Assembly: GCA_040512975.1 (NCBI GenBank)
Contig: JBEVEC010000153.1
Location: 1 to 49,887, forward strand
DNA: 49,887 bases
Reading direction: 5' to 3'
Source: Tardiphaga sp.
GTDB lineage: Bacteria; Pseudomonadota; Alphaproteobacteria; Rhizobiales; Xanthobacteraceae
The notes under the pieces are model-generated. The model was not told the origin of the DNA. It searched no databases and was given only the letters and a program-made list of their open reading frames with translations. Position 1 is the stretch's first letter. The number at the start of each line of letters is the position of its first letter. Positions 8,231-16,737 of this stretch are shown here, piece by piece. A program made the translations under genes and the position numbers.

Positions 8231-8983
8231 ATGAAATTATCCGGAAAAATCGCCGTCGTGACCGGCGCATCGAGTGGCATCGGTGCCGGCATTGCAAAGG
8301 CGCTCGCGGCTGAAGGCGCCACGGTCGCCGTCAACTATTCCACCAGCCAGGCCGGCGCCGACGCTGTCGTCGCCGCGATCAAAGCTGCCGGCGGGACGGC
8401 GATGGCCATCCAAGCGGACATGAGCCGATCCGCTGACGTCGCCCGGCTGTTTGACCAGGTGATCGCCGATCACGGCAGGCTGGACATATTGGTGAACAAT
8501 GCCGGCGTCGCGGTGTTTGAGATGGTCACCGACATGACGGAAGATGCTTTTCACAAGCAGTTCAACATCAACGTGCTCGGCTATTTTCTGGCGATCCGCG
8601 AAGCGGTGAAGCATTTCGGCGCCGCCGGCGGCAGCATCGTCAATATCAGTTCGATCCTCAGCACCGACCCCTATCCCGCATCGAGCGTCTATGCGGCGAC
8701 GAAGGGCGCCGTGGATACCATGACCTTCGCGCTGGCCCGCGAACTCGGGCCGCGCAACATCCGCGTCAACGCGATCCTGCCGGGCCACACCAACACGCCC
8801 GCGACCGACGGCAACTTTGCCGGCGAATTCGGCAAGACGCTGATTGCCGGCACGCCGCTTGGCCGCTTCGGCGAACCCGAGGACATTGCGCCGGTCGCGG
8901 TGTTCCTGGCGTCCGAGGATTCGCACTGGGTCACCGGTGAGTCGCTTCGTGCTGCCGGCGGCGTTCGCGGCGTGGGTTACTAG
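8231..8983 (+). CDS. Short-chain dehydrogenase/reductase
   Basis: TGASSGIG, NNAG, YAATK and PLGRFGEPEDIA motifs. Confidence 0.93.
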   Translation: MKLSGKIAVVTGASSGIGAGIAKALAAEGATVAVNYSTSQAGADAVVAAIKAAGGTAMAIQADMSRSADVARLFDQVIADHGRLDILVNNAGVAVFEMVTDMTEDAFHKQFNINVLGYFLAIREAVKHFGAAGGSIVNISSILSTDPYPASSVYAATKGAVDTMTFALARELGPRNIRVNAILPGHTNTPATDGNFAGEFGKTLIAGTPLGRFGEPEDIAPVAVFLASEDSHWVTGESLRAAGGVRGVGY

Positions 8984-9049
8984 CCGGCGTTCTGCTCGAC
9001 GCGCGTGGCGGCGTCCGGGTCGAACCGGACGCCGCCACATGTCGACAGG

Positions 9050-9355
9050 TCAGGCGATCAGCGCGTGCCGGACCGGAGAGACCGACCAGCTGACCGTGGA
9101 CTGATCGATCGCCGCGTGGACCGGCGAATGCGCCATCTCGGTGACAACGCCCGCTGCGGCCTTGCGGCCTGCTTTGGCCGAAGCCCAGACCAGCACGTCG
9201 ACGACCGTGCCATCTGCGCGCTGGCAGATCCGGCGGGAGACGAAACCCGGCTGATCGATCAGCCAGGCATCGATGTCCTCGTTGGCCTTGATGAAGCCCC
9301 TCATGGTCAAACCGGCTGCGAGGCGGAAGGTCGTGACCTCGACGGCTTCGGTCAT
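9050..9355 (-). CDS. Small hypothetical protein, probable dimeric alpha-beta barrel (ABM-like)
   Basis: MTEAVEVTTFRL...WLIDQPGFVSRR...DVLVWAS. Its start overlaps the upstream stop (ATGA), indicating translational coupling. Confidence 0.7.
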   Translation of the reverse strand: MTEAVEVTTFRLAAGLTMRGFIKANEDIDAWLIDQPGFVSRRICQRADGTVVDVLVWASAKAGRKAAAGVVTEMAHSPVHAAIDQSTVSWSVSPVRHALIA

Positions 9356-10365
9356 GACGGGTTGCCCATCCGACGGACACCCGCGGTCCCGTCCGAGATC
9401 CGCGTGTCGGCAATGGTTTCCGCAAAGCCGTTGCCGAACAGGCCGGCCGGAGTCTGGAAGCCGGGACGCCGTTCGCCAGCGAGCACCCGGCGGGCTGCCT
9501 CTGCGGAAGCCATCGGCGTGAACGTGTAGCCGTTGACGGTATCCAGCACCTCGCGGACGATCGTCCCGTCTGCGCCCGTCACTTCGACTGCCGCCTGGTA
9601 GCGGTTGGCGTCGCGCTGTTCGGCAGTCGGGCCATCGGGCCATGCCGACATGTCTCCGTCAGGAAATGCGCCTCCTGATACATGAACGAAGGTCTCGATG
9701 TCTGGAATGGTCGTTGCGCGGTGGATGGTCAGAAGATCCGACAGCGTCACCGGAAAGCAGGACGCGGCGCCTGCGCCGAAATCGAAGTCCCGAAGCTCCT
9801 GCGGACTGCGGGCCACCAGTTTTCCTCCGACCAGCCGGAGGCAGTCGGTCATGTTTTCCGTAGCGCTAATGGCCGATCCCCGCGACATCGGGCCCGTCAC
9901 ATGAAGCGCGATGCGGATCTGCGTCGGCTCGGCGACACGATGCGCAGCGTGCCCGGCAAGGCATCCAAGCATGGCGACGCTGCCGCCGCTGCCTGGCAAC
10001 AGCAACACGCCGGCAACCTTGGCCTCCTGGTCGAGCGCGTCGGCCAACGTGTAGCTGTCGAGTTCGGCGGCGATGTCGAGATAGTCGGTGCCGCAACGGA
10101 TCGCCGCCTTCATGAACGGCTTTGCCGTGCGCAGATAAGGCCCGGCGCAGTTCAGCAGAACCGAGATGCCGGAGAGCGCCGCGTCGATTCCGGCCGCGTC
10201 CTCGACGTCAAACACGCGATACTTCACGCCCAGTGTGGCGGCGAGCTGCTTGAGCGGCGCCTCGGCACGACCTGCGATGACGAGATCAAGCCGGGCGGTT
10301 TTCGCATGTTCGGCCGCCATGCGACCGGTGTAGCCGGTAGCACCGTAGATCATCATTGTTTTCAT
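9352..10365 (-). CDS. Saccharopine dehydrogenase-like NAD(P)-dependent oxidoreductase
   Basis: IYGATGYTG, LNCAGPY, YLDIAAE, NGYTFT and GFQTPA motifs. Confidence 0.88.
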   Translation of the reverse strand: MKTMMIYGATGYTGRMAAEHAKTARLDLVIAGRAEAPLKQLAATLGVKYRVFDVEDAAGIDAALSGISVLLNCAGPYLRTAKPFMKAAIRCGTDYLDIAAELDSYTLADALDQEAKVAGVLLLPGSGGSVAMLGCLAGHAAHRVAEPTQIRIALHVTGPMSRGSAISATENMTDCLRLVGGKLVARSPQELRDFDFGAGAASCFPVTLSDLLTIHRATTIPDIETFVHVSGGAFPDGDMSAWPDGPTAEQRDANRYQAAVEVTGADGTIVREVLDTVNGYTFTPMASAEAARRVLAGERRPGFQTPAGLFGNGFAETIADTRISDGTAGVRRMGNPS

Positions 10366-10388
10366 GTGCTGTTACTCTGTCGTTGGTT

Positions 10389-11132
10389 TCAGATGACGTA
10401 GCCGCCGGCGATCTCGATGGTCTGCGCATTGACCCACGCATTGTCATCGGACAGCAGGCTGGCGATCACACGCCCGACGTCGTCAGGCTCGCCGACGCGC
10501 CCGAGTGCGGTCTGCCCGGCCAGCAGCGTTTCGAATTCGTCATTCAGGCCACCGCCGAGCTCGGTGCGGATCGCGCCGGGCGCCACCGCATTGGCGCGGA
10601 TGCGGCGCGCGCCGAATTCCTTGGCCATGTAGCGCGTCAGCACTTCAAGGCCGCCCTTGAAGGTCGCGTAAGGCGCCACGCCGGCGGTCGCCACGCGCGC
10701 CGTCGCGCTTGAAACGTTCACGATGTGGCCGCCGTCGGCCATCAGCGGCAACAGCGTCTGCGTCAGGAAGAACGGTCCCTTGAGGTGCACATTGAACAGG
10801 CCGTCGAACTCGGCCTCGCTCACCGTGGCGATCGGATTGTAGAGCCCGTAGCCCGCATTGTTGACGAGGTGGTCGAAGTCCATTCGATTCCAGTTCGCGG
10901 CAAGGGCCCCGGCGACGGCGTCGCGAAACGCTGTGAACGACGCGACATCCGCGACGTCAATTTTCAGCGCGACTGCCTTGCCTCCTTCTGCCTGCACGGC
11001 ACGCACGACCTCGTCCGCACCTTCCGGATGGCTGTTGTAGGTGATGATGACATCGCCGCCGCACCGTGCGCATTGCAGGGCCATGCTGCGCCCGAGGCCG
11101 CGGCTTCCGCCAGTGATGATAGTGATTGCCAT
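10389..11132 (-). CDS. Short-chain dehydrogenase/reductase
   Basis: ITGGSRGLG, NNAG, YATFK and ALGRVGEPDD motifs. Start set at MAITII (11132). Confidence 0.92.
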   Translation of the reverse strand: MAITIITGGSRGLGRSMALQCARCGGDVIITYNSHPEGADEVVRAVQAEGGKAVALKIDVADVASFTAFRDAVAGALAANWNRMDFDHLVNNAGYGLYNPIATVSEAEFDGLFNVHLKGPFFLTQTLLPLMADGGHIVNVSSATARVATAGVAPYATFKGGLEVLTRYMAKEFGARRIRANAVAPGAIRTELGGGLNDEFETLLAGQTALGRVGEPDDVGRVIASLLSDDNAWVNAQTIEIAGGYVI

Positions 11133-11265
11133 GTATCGTGCTCCGTATTGTCGATGGCTCAGAGGTACAGCGAAGCCGTGACCGACACCGTCCCCGATCC
11201 TGCCGCGATCTTGCCCATTCCTGCTTTCCGCTTGCGCCTGGCGCCGCGTTGGGCGCAGGTGACGC

Positions 11266-12153
11266 ATGGAAACACGATTGACAGAGCTGCGCGCCTTGGC
11301 GGCGCACGCGCAGAACCGGCGCACCGAAACCGGCATCCCGCGCGTCGCCATGGTGCAGGGTCAGATTCCCGAACATCAACTGGCCGCGGTCTACGACCCG
11401 ATGGTCAACCTGATCCTGCAGGGCTCGAAGTCGATGACGATCGGCGATCGCACGCTGCGCTACGATCCGGCGAGCTATTTTGTGATGTCGATCGATCTGC
11501 CCGCAGTCGGCGCGATCCATGCGGCAACGACCGGTGAGCCTTATCTCGCCGTGAGTCTGACCATCGACCCGAAAGTCGTGGCGCCGATGCTGGCGGACGC
11601 GCCGCCGCCCGATCCGTCCGCGGAGGCCAGACATGGTTTCTCGGTCGCATCGGTCACGCCCGTCATGCTCGACGCCTGGGTCCGGATGCTCCGGCTGATG
11701 GAATCTCCTGCAGACATTCCAGTGCTCGCGCCTGCCTATGAGCGGGAGATCCTATACCGCGTGCTGCAGGGTCCCCATGGCTGGATGCTGCGCGACATCG
11801 CCGTGCCGGACACCGCCCTGTCGCGGGTCCGCCTCGCCATCCAGTGGATCCGCAACAATTTTCGCGATCAGTTGCGCGTCGACAGCCTGGCCGAAATGGC
11901 TGCGATGAGCACCTCCGCCTTTCACCGCCACTTCAAGGCAGCAACTGCGATGAGCCCGCTGCAGTTTCAGAAGCAGATACGCCTGTTGCAGGCGCGCATG
12001 CTGCTGATCGCGGGAGCCCCGACGGCATCCTCGGTGGCGTTTGACGTCGGATACGAAAGCGCCTCGCAGTTCAGCCGCGAATATGCGCGCTTCTTTGGTC
12101 TGCCCCCGGCAAGCGACGTGCTCGCAGTGCAACGCTATATCGGCCGCGGCTAG
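11266..12153 (+). CDS. AraC-family transcriptional regulator (YqhC-like)
   Basis: ILQGSK N-terminal domain and C-terminal HTH (MSTSAFHRHFK...SPLQFQK...VGYESASQFSREY). Divergent from the SDR operon. Confidence 0.93.
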   Translation: METRLTELRALAAHAQNRRTETGIPRVAMVQGQIPEHQLAAVYDPMVNLILQGSKSMTIGDRTLRYDPASYFVMSIDLPAVGAIHAATTGEPYLAVSLTIDPKVVAPMLADAPPPDPSAEARHGFSVASVTPVMLDAWVRMLRLMESPADIPVLAPAYEREILYRVLQGPHGWMLRDIAVPDTALSRVRLAIQWIRNNFRDQLRVDSLAEMAAMSTSAFHRHFKAATAMSPLQFQKQIRLLQARMLLIAGAPTASSVAFDVGYESASQFSREYARFFGLPPASDVLAVQRYIGRG

Positions 12154-12192
12154 TCGTCCTGCCCTTAGCTAACGTGCGGGAGCACGTCCCAG

Positions 12193-12230
12193 ATACCAAA
12201 ACGGCCGCCCGATGGGCGGCCGTTTGGTAT
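12193..12230. terminator. Bidirectional terminator hairpin between araC and dksA
   Basis: ATACCAAAACGGCCGCCC-GAT-GGGCGGCCGTTTGGTAT. Confidence 0.75.
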
Positions 12231-12236
12231 TCGAAG

Positions 12237-12653
12237 CTACTCGTCGCGATAAACCTTTTCGCGCTTTTCGTGGCGCTCCTGGGCTTCCACCGAGAGCGTC
12301 GCGATCGGGCGGGCTTCGAGCCGCTTCAGCGAGATCGGCTCGCCGGTCTCTTCGCAGTAGCCGTAGGTGTTGTCTTCGATGCGCTGCAGCGCGGCGTCGA
12401 TCTTGGAGATCAGCTTGCGCTGCCGGTCGCGGGCGCGGAGCTCGATCGCGCGGTCGGTTTCCGAAGACGCGCGGTCGGCAAGGTCGGGGTGATTGACGTT
12501 CTCTTCCTGCAAGGCCTGCAGGGTGATCTTCGATTCACGAAGGATTTCTTCCTTCCATGCCATCAGCTTCGCGCGGAAATATTCGCGCTGCCGATCGTTC
12601 ATGAAAGGCTCTTTGTCGGAGGGGCGATAGCTTTTCAACTTGTCCAAGGCCAA
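12237..12653 (-). CDS. dksA: RNA polymerase-binding protein DksA
   Basis: PDLADRAS coiled-coil tip, RDRQRKLI and YGYCEETGEPISLKRLEARP. TTG start. Confidence 0.95.
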   Translation of the reverse strand: MALDKLKSYRPSDKEPFMNDRQREYFRAKLMAWKEEILRESKITLQALQEENVNHPDLADRASSETDRAIELRARDRQRKLISKIDAALQRIEDNTYGYCEETGEPISLKRLEARPIATLSVEAQERHEKREKVYRDE

Positions 12654-12788
12654 TCCATCTCTGCGTGCGAGGCGGCGGAAATACCGGCCGCGCCGCAGCT
12701 TATATAGCTACGTCATGTGACAGACAATAACGTGTCCGGCGCCGTCCCAAGACCCTTGGAGGCGCCTCGGGAACCCGGCCGGCGGCCG

Positions 12789-13199
12789 TCAGACCTGGCC
12801 GGCCTTGGCCAGCTCGACCTCCACCCGCAATTCGATTTCCGACAGCACGGCGTCGAGGCCGCCGTCGCCGGACGATTCCTTGAGTTCGGCGGCGGCGCTG
12901 CGCAGCCGGGTCAGCATCGCCGGGTTGATCGATCCGGTCAGCAGCGAGATCTTCAATTCGTCGAGCACGTCCAGCGCGCCCCGGCCGCGCTTGACCGAGC
13001 GCTTGCGCCGTTCCGTGGGGTCTTCGACACTCTGCATGGCCAAAAGCGCATCGAGGCTGTTGGCCGCGGGCGGCGCCTGCGTCGGTCGCGTCTCGGATGC
13101 GGTCGGGGCGTCGGGCAACGAAAAGCTGCTCGAGCCGGTTTTCCGGGTGCTAGACGAGGGAGATCCGAATGTGGTGCCGTTCGGCCCGTAAATGCGCAT
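12789..13199 (-). CDS. fliX: Flagellar assembly regulator FliX
   Basis: LDALLAMQ, ERRKRSVKRG..LDVLDELK and EIELRVEVELAK. Divergent from flgI, as in Caulobacter. Confidence 0.92.
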   Translation of the reverse strand: MRIYGPNGTTFGSPSSSTRKTGSSSFSLPDAPTASETRPTQAPPAANSLDALLAMQSVEDPTERRKRSVKRGRGALDVLDELKISLLTGSINPAMLTRLRSAAAELKESSGDGGLDAVLSEIELRVEVELAKAGQV

Positions 13200-13302
13200 G
13201 GCGGTTCCAGCGGAAGGAGACGGCCGACGTCCGGCCTGCGGCATGTCGCCCGGATACGCAGCGGGCACAACGAACCGCATCCCGACGGTGCGCCATTGGT
13301 GG

Positions 13303-13318
13303 TTAATCAATCGTAAAC
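13303..13318 (-). promoter_or_regulatory. CtrA-like site upstream of fliX
   Basis: Minus strand TTTA-N7-TTAA(C), read on the plus strand as TTAATCAATCGTAAAC. Confidence 0.6.
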
Positions 13319-13321
13319 GAC

Positions 13322-13337
13322 CCGGCAAAATCTGCCG
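13322..13337. promoter_or_regulatory. ftr-like (FlbD) enhancer upstream of flgI
   Basis: CCGGCAAAATCTGCCG dyad about 100 bp upstream of a sigma54 promoter. Confidence 0.6.
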
Positions 13338-13432
13338 CAGCCGGCAGTTTCGGGCGTCGGCACGTCCCGCTGACCAGGGCGGTTTAAAAGATTTTTATCG
13401 TTATATCATGCACTTACCTCGCAAATACGCGG

Positions 13433-13448
13433 TGGCACAGGCCTCGCA
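13433..13448 (+). promoter_or_regulatory. Sigma54 promoter of the flgI operon
   Basis: TGGCACAGGCCTCGCA with GG-N10-GC spacing. An IHF-like TATCATGCACTTA lies just upstream. Confidence 0.85.
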
Positions 13449-13513
13449 TAGGGATGGCTGGACCGTGGTCATGGGAGTGACCGCAGGACCGGGACCTCAG
13501 CGGGGAGCAGAGG

Positions 13514-14638
13514 ATGCGTCGTTACCCTTCGACCGGATTCGTACAGGCGGCCTGCACGGCGCTGATGGCGCTGGTGCTGTCGGCTGTGTCCGCGCACGCC
13601 ACGTCGCGGATCAAGGATCTGGCCAATATCGAAGGCGTGCGCCAGAACCAGTTGATCGGCTACGGCCTGGTGGTCGGCCTCAACGGCACCGGCGACACCC
13701 TCAACAACATCCCCTTCACCAAGCAGTCGCTGCAGGCGATGCTGGAACGCATGGGCGTCAACATCCGCGGGGCCACCATCCGCACCGGCAACGTGGCGGC
13801 GGTCATGGTCACCGGCAATTTGCCCGCCTTCGGCACCCAGGGCACCCGGATGGACGTCACGGTCTCCGCGCTCGGCGACGCCAAAAACCTGATGGGCGGC
13901 ACCCTGCTTGTCACCCCCCTGCTCGGCGCCGACGGCAACGTCTATGCGGTGGCCCAAGGTTCGCTCGCCATCGGCGGCTTCGCTGCCGAGGGCGCCGCAG
14001 CGTCGGTCACCCGCGGCGTGCCGACGGTCGGCCGCATTGCCAACGGCGCCATCATCGAGCGCGAGATCGAGTTCGCGCTGAACCGCCTGCCCAATGTCCG
14101 CCTTGCGCTGCGCAACCCGGACTTCACCACCGCCAAGCGGGTCGCCGCCGCGGTCAACGACTTCCTCGGCAGCAAGACCGCCGAGCCGATCGACCCCTCC
14201 ACGGTGCAGATGTCGATCCCGCCGGAGTTCAAGGGCAACGTGGTCGCCCTGCTCACCGAGATCGAGCAGCTGCAGGTCGAGCCGGATCTCGCCGCCAAGA
14301 TCATCATCGACGAGCGCTCCGGCATCATCGTGATGGGCCGCGACGTCCGCGTCGCCACCGTGGCGGTGGCGCAGGGCAATCTGACGGTGACGATTTCCGA
14401 TAGCGCAAATGTGAGCCAGCCCAACGCCCTCTCCAACGGCCGCACGGTGGTGACCCCCACCACCCGGGTCGGCGTCACCGAGGACGGCAAGAAGCTCGCT
14501 GTGGTCAAGGACGGTGTCTCGCTACAGCAGCTGGTCGACGGCCTCAACGGCCTCGGCATCGGCCCGCGCGATCTGATCGGCATCCTGCAGGCGATCAAGG
14601 CCGCCGGCGCGATCCAGGCCGACATCGAGGTGATGTGA
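13514..14638 (+). CDS. flgI: Flagellar P-ring protein FlgI
   Basis: RIKDLANIEGVRQNQLIGYGLVVGLNGTGD, GGTLLVTPL and ILQAIKAAGA motifs. Confidence 0.98.
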   Translation: MRRYPSTGFVQAACTALMALVLSAVSAHATSRIKDLANIEGVRQNQLIGYGLVVGLNGTGDTLNNIPFTKQSLQAMLERMGVNIRGATIRTGNVAAVMVTGNLPAFGTQGTRMDVTVSALGDAKNLMGGTLLVTPLLGADGNVYAVAQGSLAIGGFAAEGAAASVTRGVPTVGRIANGAIIEREIEFALNRLPNVRLALRNPDFTTAKRVAAAVNDFLGSKTAEPIDPSTVQMSIPPEFKGNVVALLTEIEQLQVEPDLAAKIIIDERSGIIVMGRDVRVATVAVAQGNLTVTISDSANVSQPNALSNGRTVVTPTTRVGVTEDGKKLAVVKDGVSLQQLVDGLNGLGIGPRDLIGILQAIKAAGAIQADIEVM

Positions 14639-15018
14639 TGACCGCCATCAGCAATTCCGTCGCCGCCTACCAGGCCAAGAACCCGAGCTACAACGGCCGC
14701 CCCGATCTCGCATTGACCGAGGCGCTGACCAAAGTTTCGCCCGAGACGCAAAAGAAGATCCGGGGCCAGGCTCAGGACTTCGAAGCCATGTTCATCAATT
14801 CGATGTTCTCGCAGATGACGAGCGGCCTCAAGGGCGACGGCCCGTTCGGCGACACCGTCGGCACCGGCGCGTGGCGCTCGATGCTGACCGATCAATATTC
14901 CAAGGACTTCGCCAAGGCCGGCGGCGTCGGGGTTTCCCAGCAAGTCTATCGTTCGCTCATCATGCAGCAGGCCCAGGGTTCTTCGACCGCAGGCCAGCTC
15001 ACCAACCGCGTCAGCTGA
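14638..15018 (+). CDS. flgJ: Short FlgJ (rod-binding domain only)
   Basis: AQDFEAMFINSMFSQM...WRSMLTDQY...AKAGGVG. No muramidase domain. TGATG coupling to flgI. Confidence 0.85.
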   Translation: MTAISNSVAAYQAKNPSYNGRPDLALTEALTKVSPETQKKIRGQAQDFEAMFINSMFSQMTSGLKGDGPFGDTVGTGAWRSMLTDQYSKDFAKAGGVGVSQQVYRSLIMQQAQGSSTAGQLTNRVS

Positions 15019-15035
15019 TCGCAGAGGACAACGCC

Positions 15036-15536
15036 ATGCAACACGCGCACCGTCAGCAAGCCCCGCAGCCCGTCATCGCCACGCCCCGCCCGGCCGCGAC
15101 GCCGGCGGAAGCACGCCAGCTCGCCCAGGACATGATGAACGCCATGAACGACCTGCTGGCGGTGATCGACGACGAAACGGCGAAGGTGCGCAGCGGCCAT
15201 ATCCGCGACGCGATCCTGCTCGAGGTCCGCAAGAACGAATTGTCGCGCCGCTATATCGGGATGATCGGGCTGCTCAAGGCCAGCCAGCCTTATCTCGCCA
15301 AGGCGACGCCCGACCTGCTGTCGGCATTGCGCAAGCATCACGACGTGTTCCGCGCCATGCTGCAGGTCAACCTCACGGTGCTCGCCACCGCGCACGCCGT
15401 GTCGGAAGGCATCATCCGCGGCGTCAACACCGAACTCCAGAAACGCAACATCCCGCAGACCTACACGGCCCGCGGCCAGCAGGCACAGCCCGGCCGCGCC
15501 AACCGGACGCCGATCGTGCTCAACCGCTCGCTTTGA
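15036..15536 (+). CDS. FlgN-like flagellar export chaperone
   Basis: Helical protein after flgJ (LLAVIDDET...RKNELSRRY...MLQVNLTVL...QTYTARG) with RBS GAGG. The position matches the alphaproteobacterial FlgN-like gene. Confidence 0.65.
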   Translation: MQHAHRQQAPQPVIATPRPAATPAEARQLAQDMMNAMNDLLAVIDDETAKVRSGHIRDAILLEVRKNELSRRYIGMIGLLKASQPYLAKATPDLLSALRKHHDVFRAMLQVNLTVLATAHAVSEGIIRGVNTELQKRNIPQTYTARGQQAQPGRANRTPIVLNRSL

Positions 15537-15577
15537 GCGAAGGCGTGCGATCGCAACATCAACGTGATCGGCAGGGG

Positions 15578-15719
15578 CTCTTCACCTCTCCCCGACGGGC
15601 AGAGGTCGGATGTCGGAGCGAAGCGACGGCATCCGGGTGAGGGGCTGTATCGTATACGGAAGAGCCCCCTCACCCGCGCGAAGACGCGCGACTCCTCCCC
15701 GGTGGGGAGAGGTGAAGAG
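15578..15719. repeat. MITE/REP-like palindromic element (CCTCTCCC family)
   Basis: 16-bp terminal inverted repeat CTCTTCACCTCTCCCC / GGGGAGAGGTGAAGAG, with internal inverted repeat CGGGTGAGGGG / CCCCTCACCCG. Confidence 0.85.
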
Positions 15720-15857
15720 GCTCGCGACTCGCGGCTGAACATTGCCTCGCCTTTGAATCAAATCACCGCACACATGTAAGCACCGGATTCAGCCCTCGGG
15801 TGCATGATGTCGTTTGGGAACGGGTCGGGTTCATCGAATGGTGCCAGGAGGGCTGCC

Positions 15858-16244
15858 ATGGGTGCCGACTTCAACATCAAACCGGTGGGGGCATCGGTTG
15901 CCGCGCCAGTGATACGACCCGCGCCGGACGCGGTGCGCGAAGCCGTGCCGACGCAACTGCCGCCGGACAAGACGGTGAGCGCCGCAGCGCCCCTGCTGCA
16001 GCCGAACGTTTCGGCCGCCAATCAGCAGCAGGTCGACAGCGACCGCATCTCCAAGGGCGTCATCATCGACACCGATGCCAACGCCATCGTCTATGTGTCG
16101 GTCGACAAGAAGACCAACCAGATCGTCAATCAGTATCCTGAAGAAAGCCGCCTGCGCACCCGCGCGTATTTGCGCGCGATGGACACCGCCAAACAGAATG
16201 CCAGGACGGAAGACCGCCGTATCGAGACCGACCGCAGCGTCTAG
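15858..16244 (+). CDS. Hypothetical protein with a FlaG-like C-terminal motif
   Basis: RBS AGGAGG. IIDTDANAIVYVSVDKKTNQIVNQYPEE resembles the FlaG V.D..T.E.IRQIP.E motif. Confidence 0.65.
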   Translation: MGADFNIKPVGASVAAPVIRPAPDAVREAVPTQLPPDKTVSAAAPLLQPNVSAANQQQVDSDRISKGVIIDTDANAIVYVSVDKKTNQIVNQYPEESRLRTRAYLRAMDTAKQNARTEDRRIETDRSV

Positions 16245-16618
16245 GCGCGCGACGCCGTGGCCGTATCGAGATAGGTGCTGCCGGTGGCGGCATCCGTGAC
16301 CACGTTCTTGATGGTCGCCGTGTTGGCGTAGGCGTCGCCATAATTGGCCGCGTTCAGCGTGAACTTGGTATCGCCGACGCGAAAGGTGCTGTCCTTGATC
16401 AGCACCTGCTGATACTTCACCGTCCCGCCGCTCTGATACTTCACCTGCGCGCGAAATCCCTGGACTTGCGAGACGCTGATCTCGAACTTCTTGCCGTCGG
16501 CATATTTGCCAGTCCAGCTGCCCTTGTAGGCGTCCGGATCGACGGCGACGTATTTGCCGGCCGTGACCGGCACCGTCGTCTTGTAGGCCGTGGAAAGAAT
16601 GCTCAGAACGTCCGCCAT
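16241..16618 (-). CDS. Hypothetical beta-rich protein (125 aa)
   Basis: RBS GAGG and strongly biased codons. MADVLSILSTAYKTTVPV...GSWTGKY. A CtrA-like site lies upstream. Confidence 0.75.
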   Translation of the reverse strand: MADVLSILSTAYKTTVPVTAGKYVAVDPDAYKGSWTGKYADGKKFEISVSQVQGFRAQVKYQSGGTVKYQQVLIKDSTFRVGDTKFTLNAANYGDAYANTATIKNVVTDAATGSTYLDTATASRA

Positions 16619-16688
16619 CGCCGCCTCGCTCGCGTGCCCGCAGCGATTCGGCCGCGCGCCTGATGCGGCCATTAAGGCGTGTTGGGCA

Positions 16689-16703
16689 TTAAGAGTTGGT
16701 TAC
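16689..16703. promoter_or_regulatory. CtrA-like site
   Basis: TTAA-GAGTTGG-TTAC, with a further TTAA at 16672-16675. Confidence 0.55.
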
Positions 16704-16737
16704 GAACTGTTTCCGCGCGTGTCAGCGCCAGCCACAG

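Noticed and set aside
5361-12153. Accessory block as a prophage, ICE or defence island
   Set aside because: No integrase, transposase, att repeats, phage or defence-type genes were seen.
14638-15018. FlgJ as a truncated pseudogene
   Set aside because: Single-domain FlgJ without muramidase is normal in Alphaproteobacteria.
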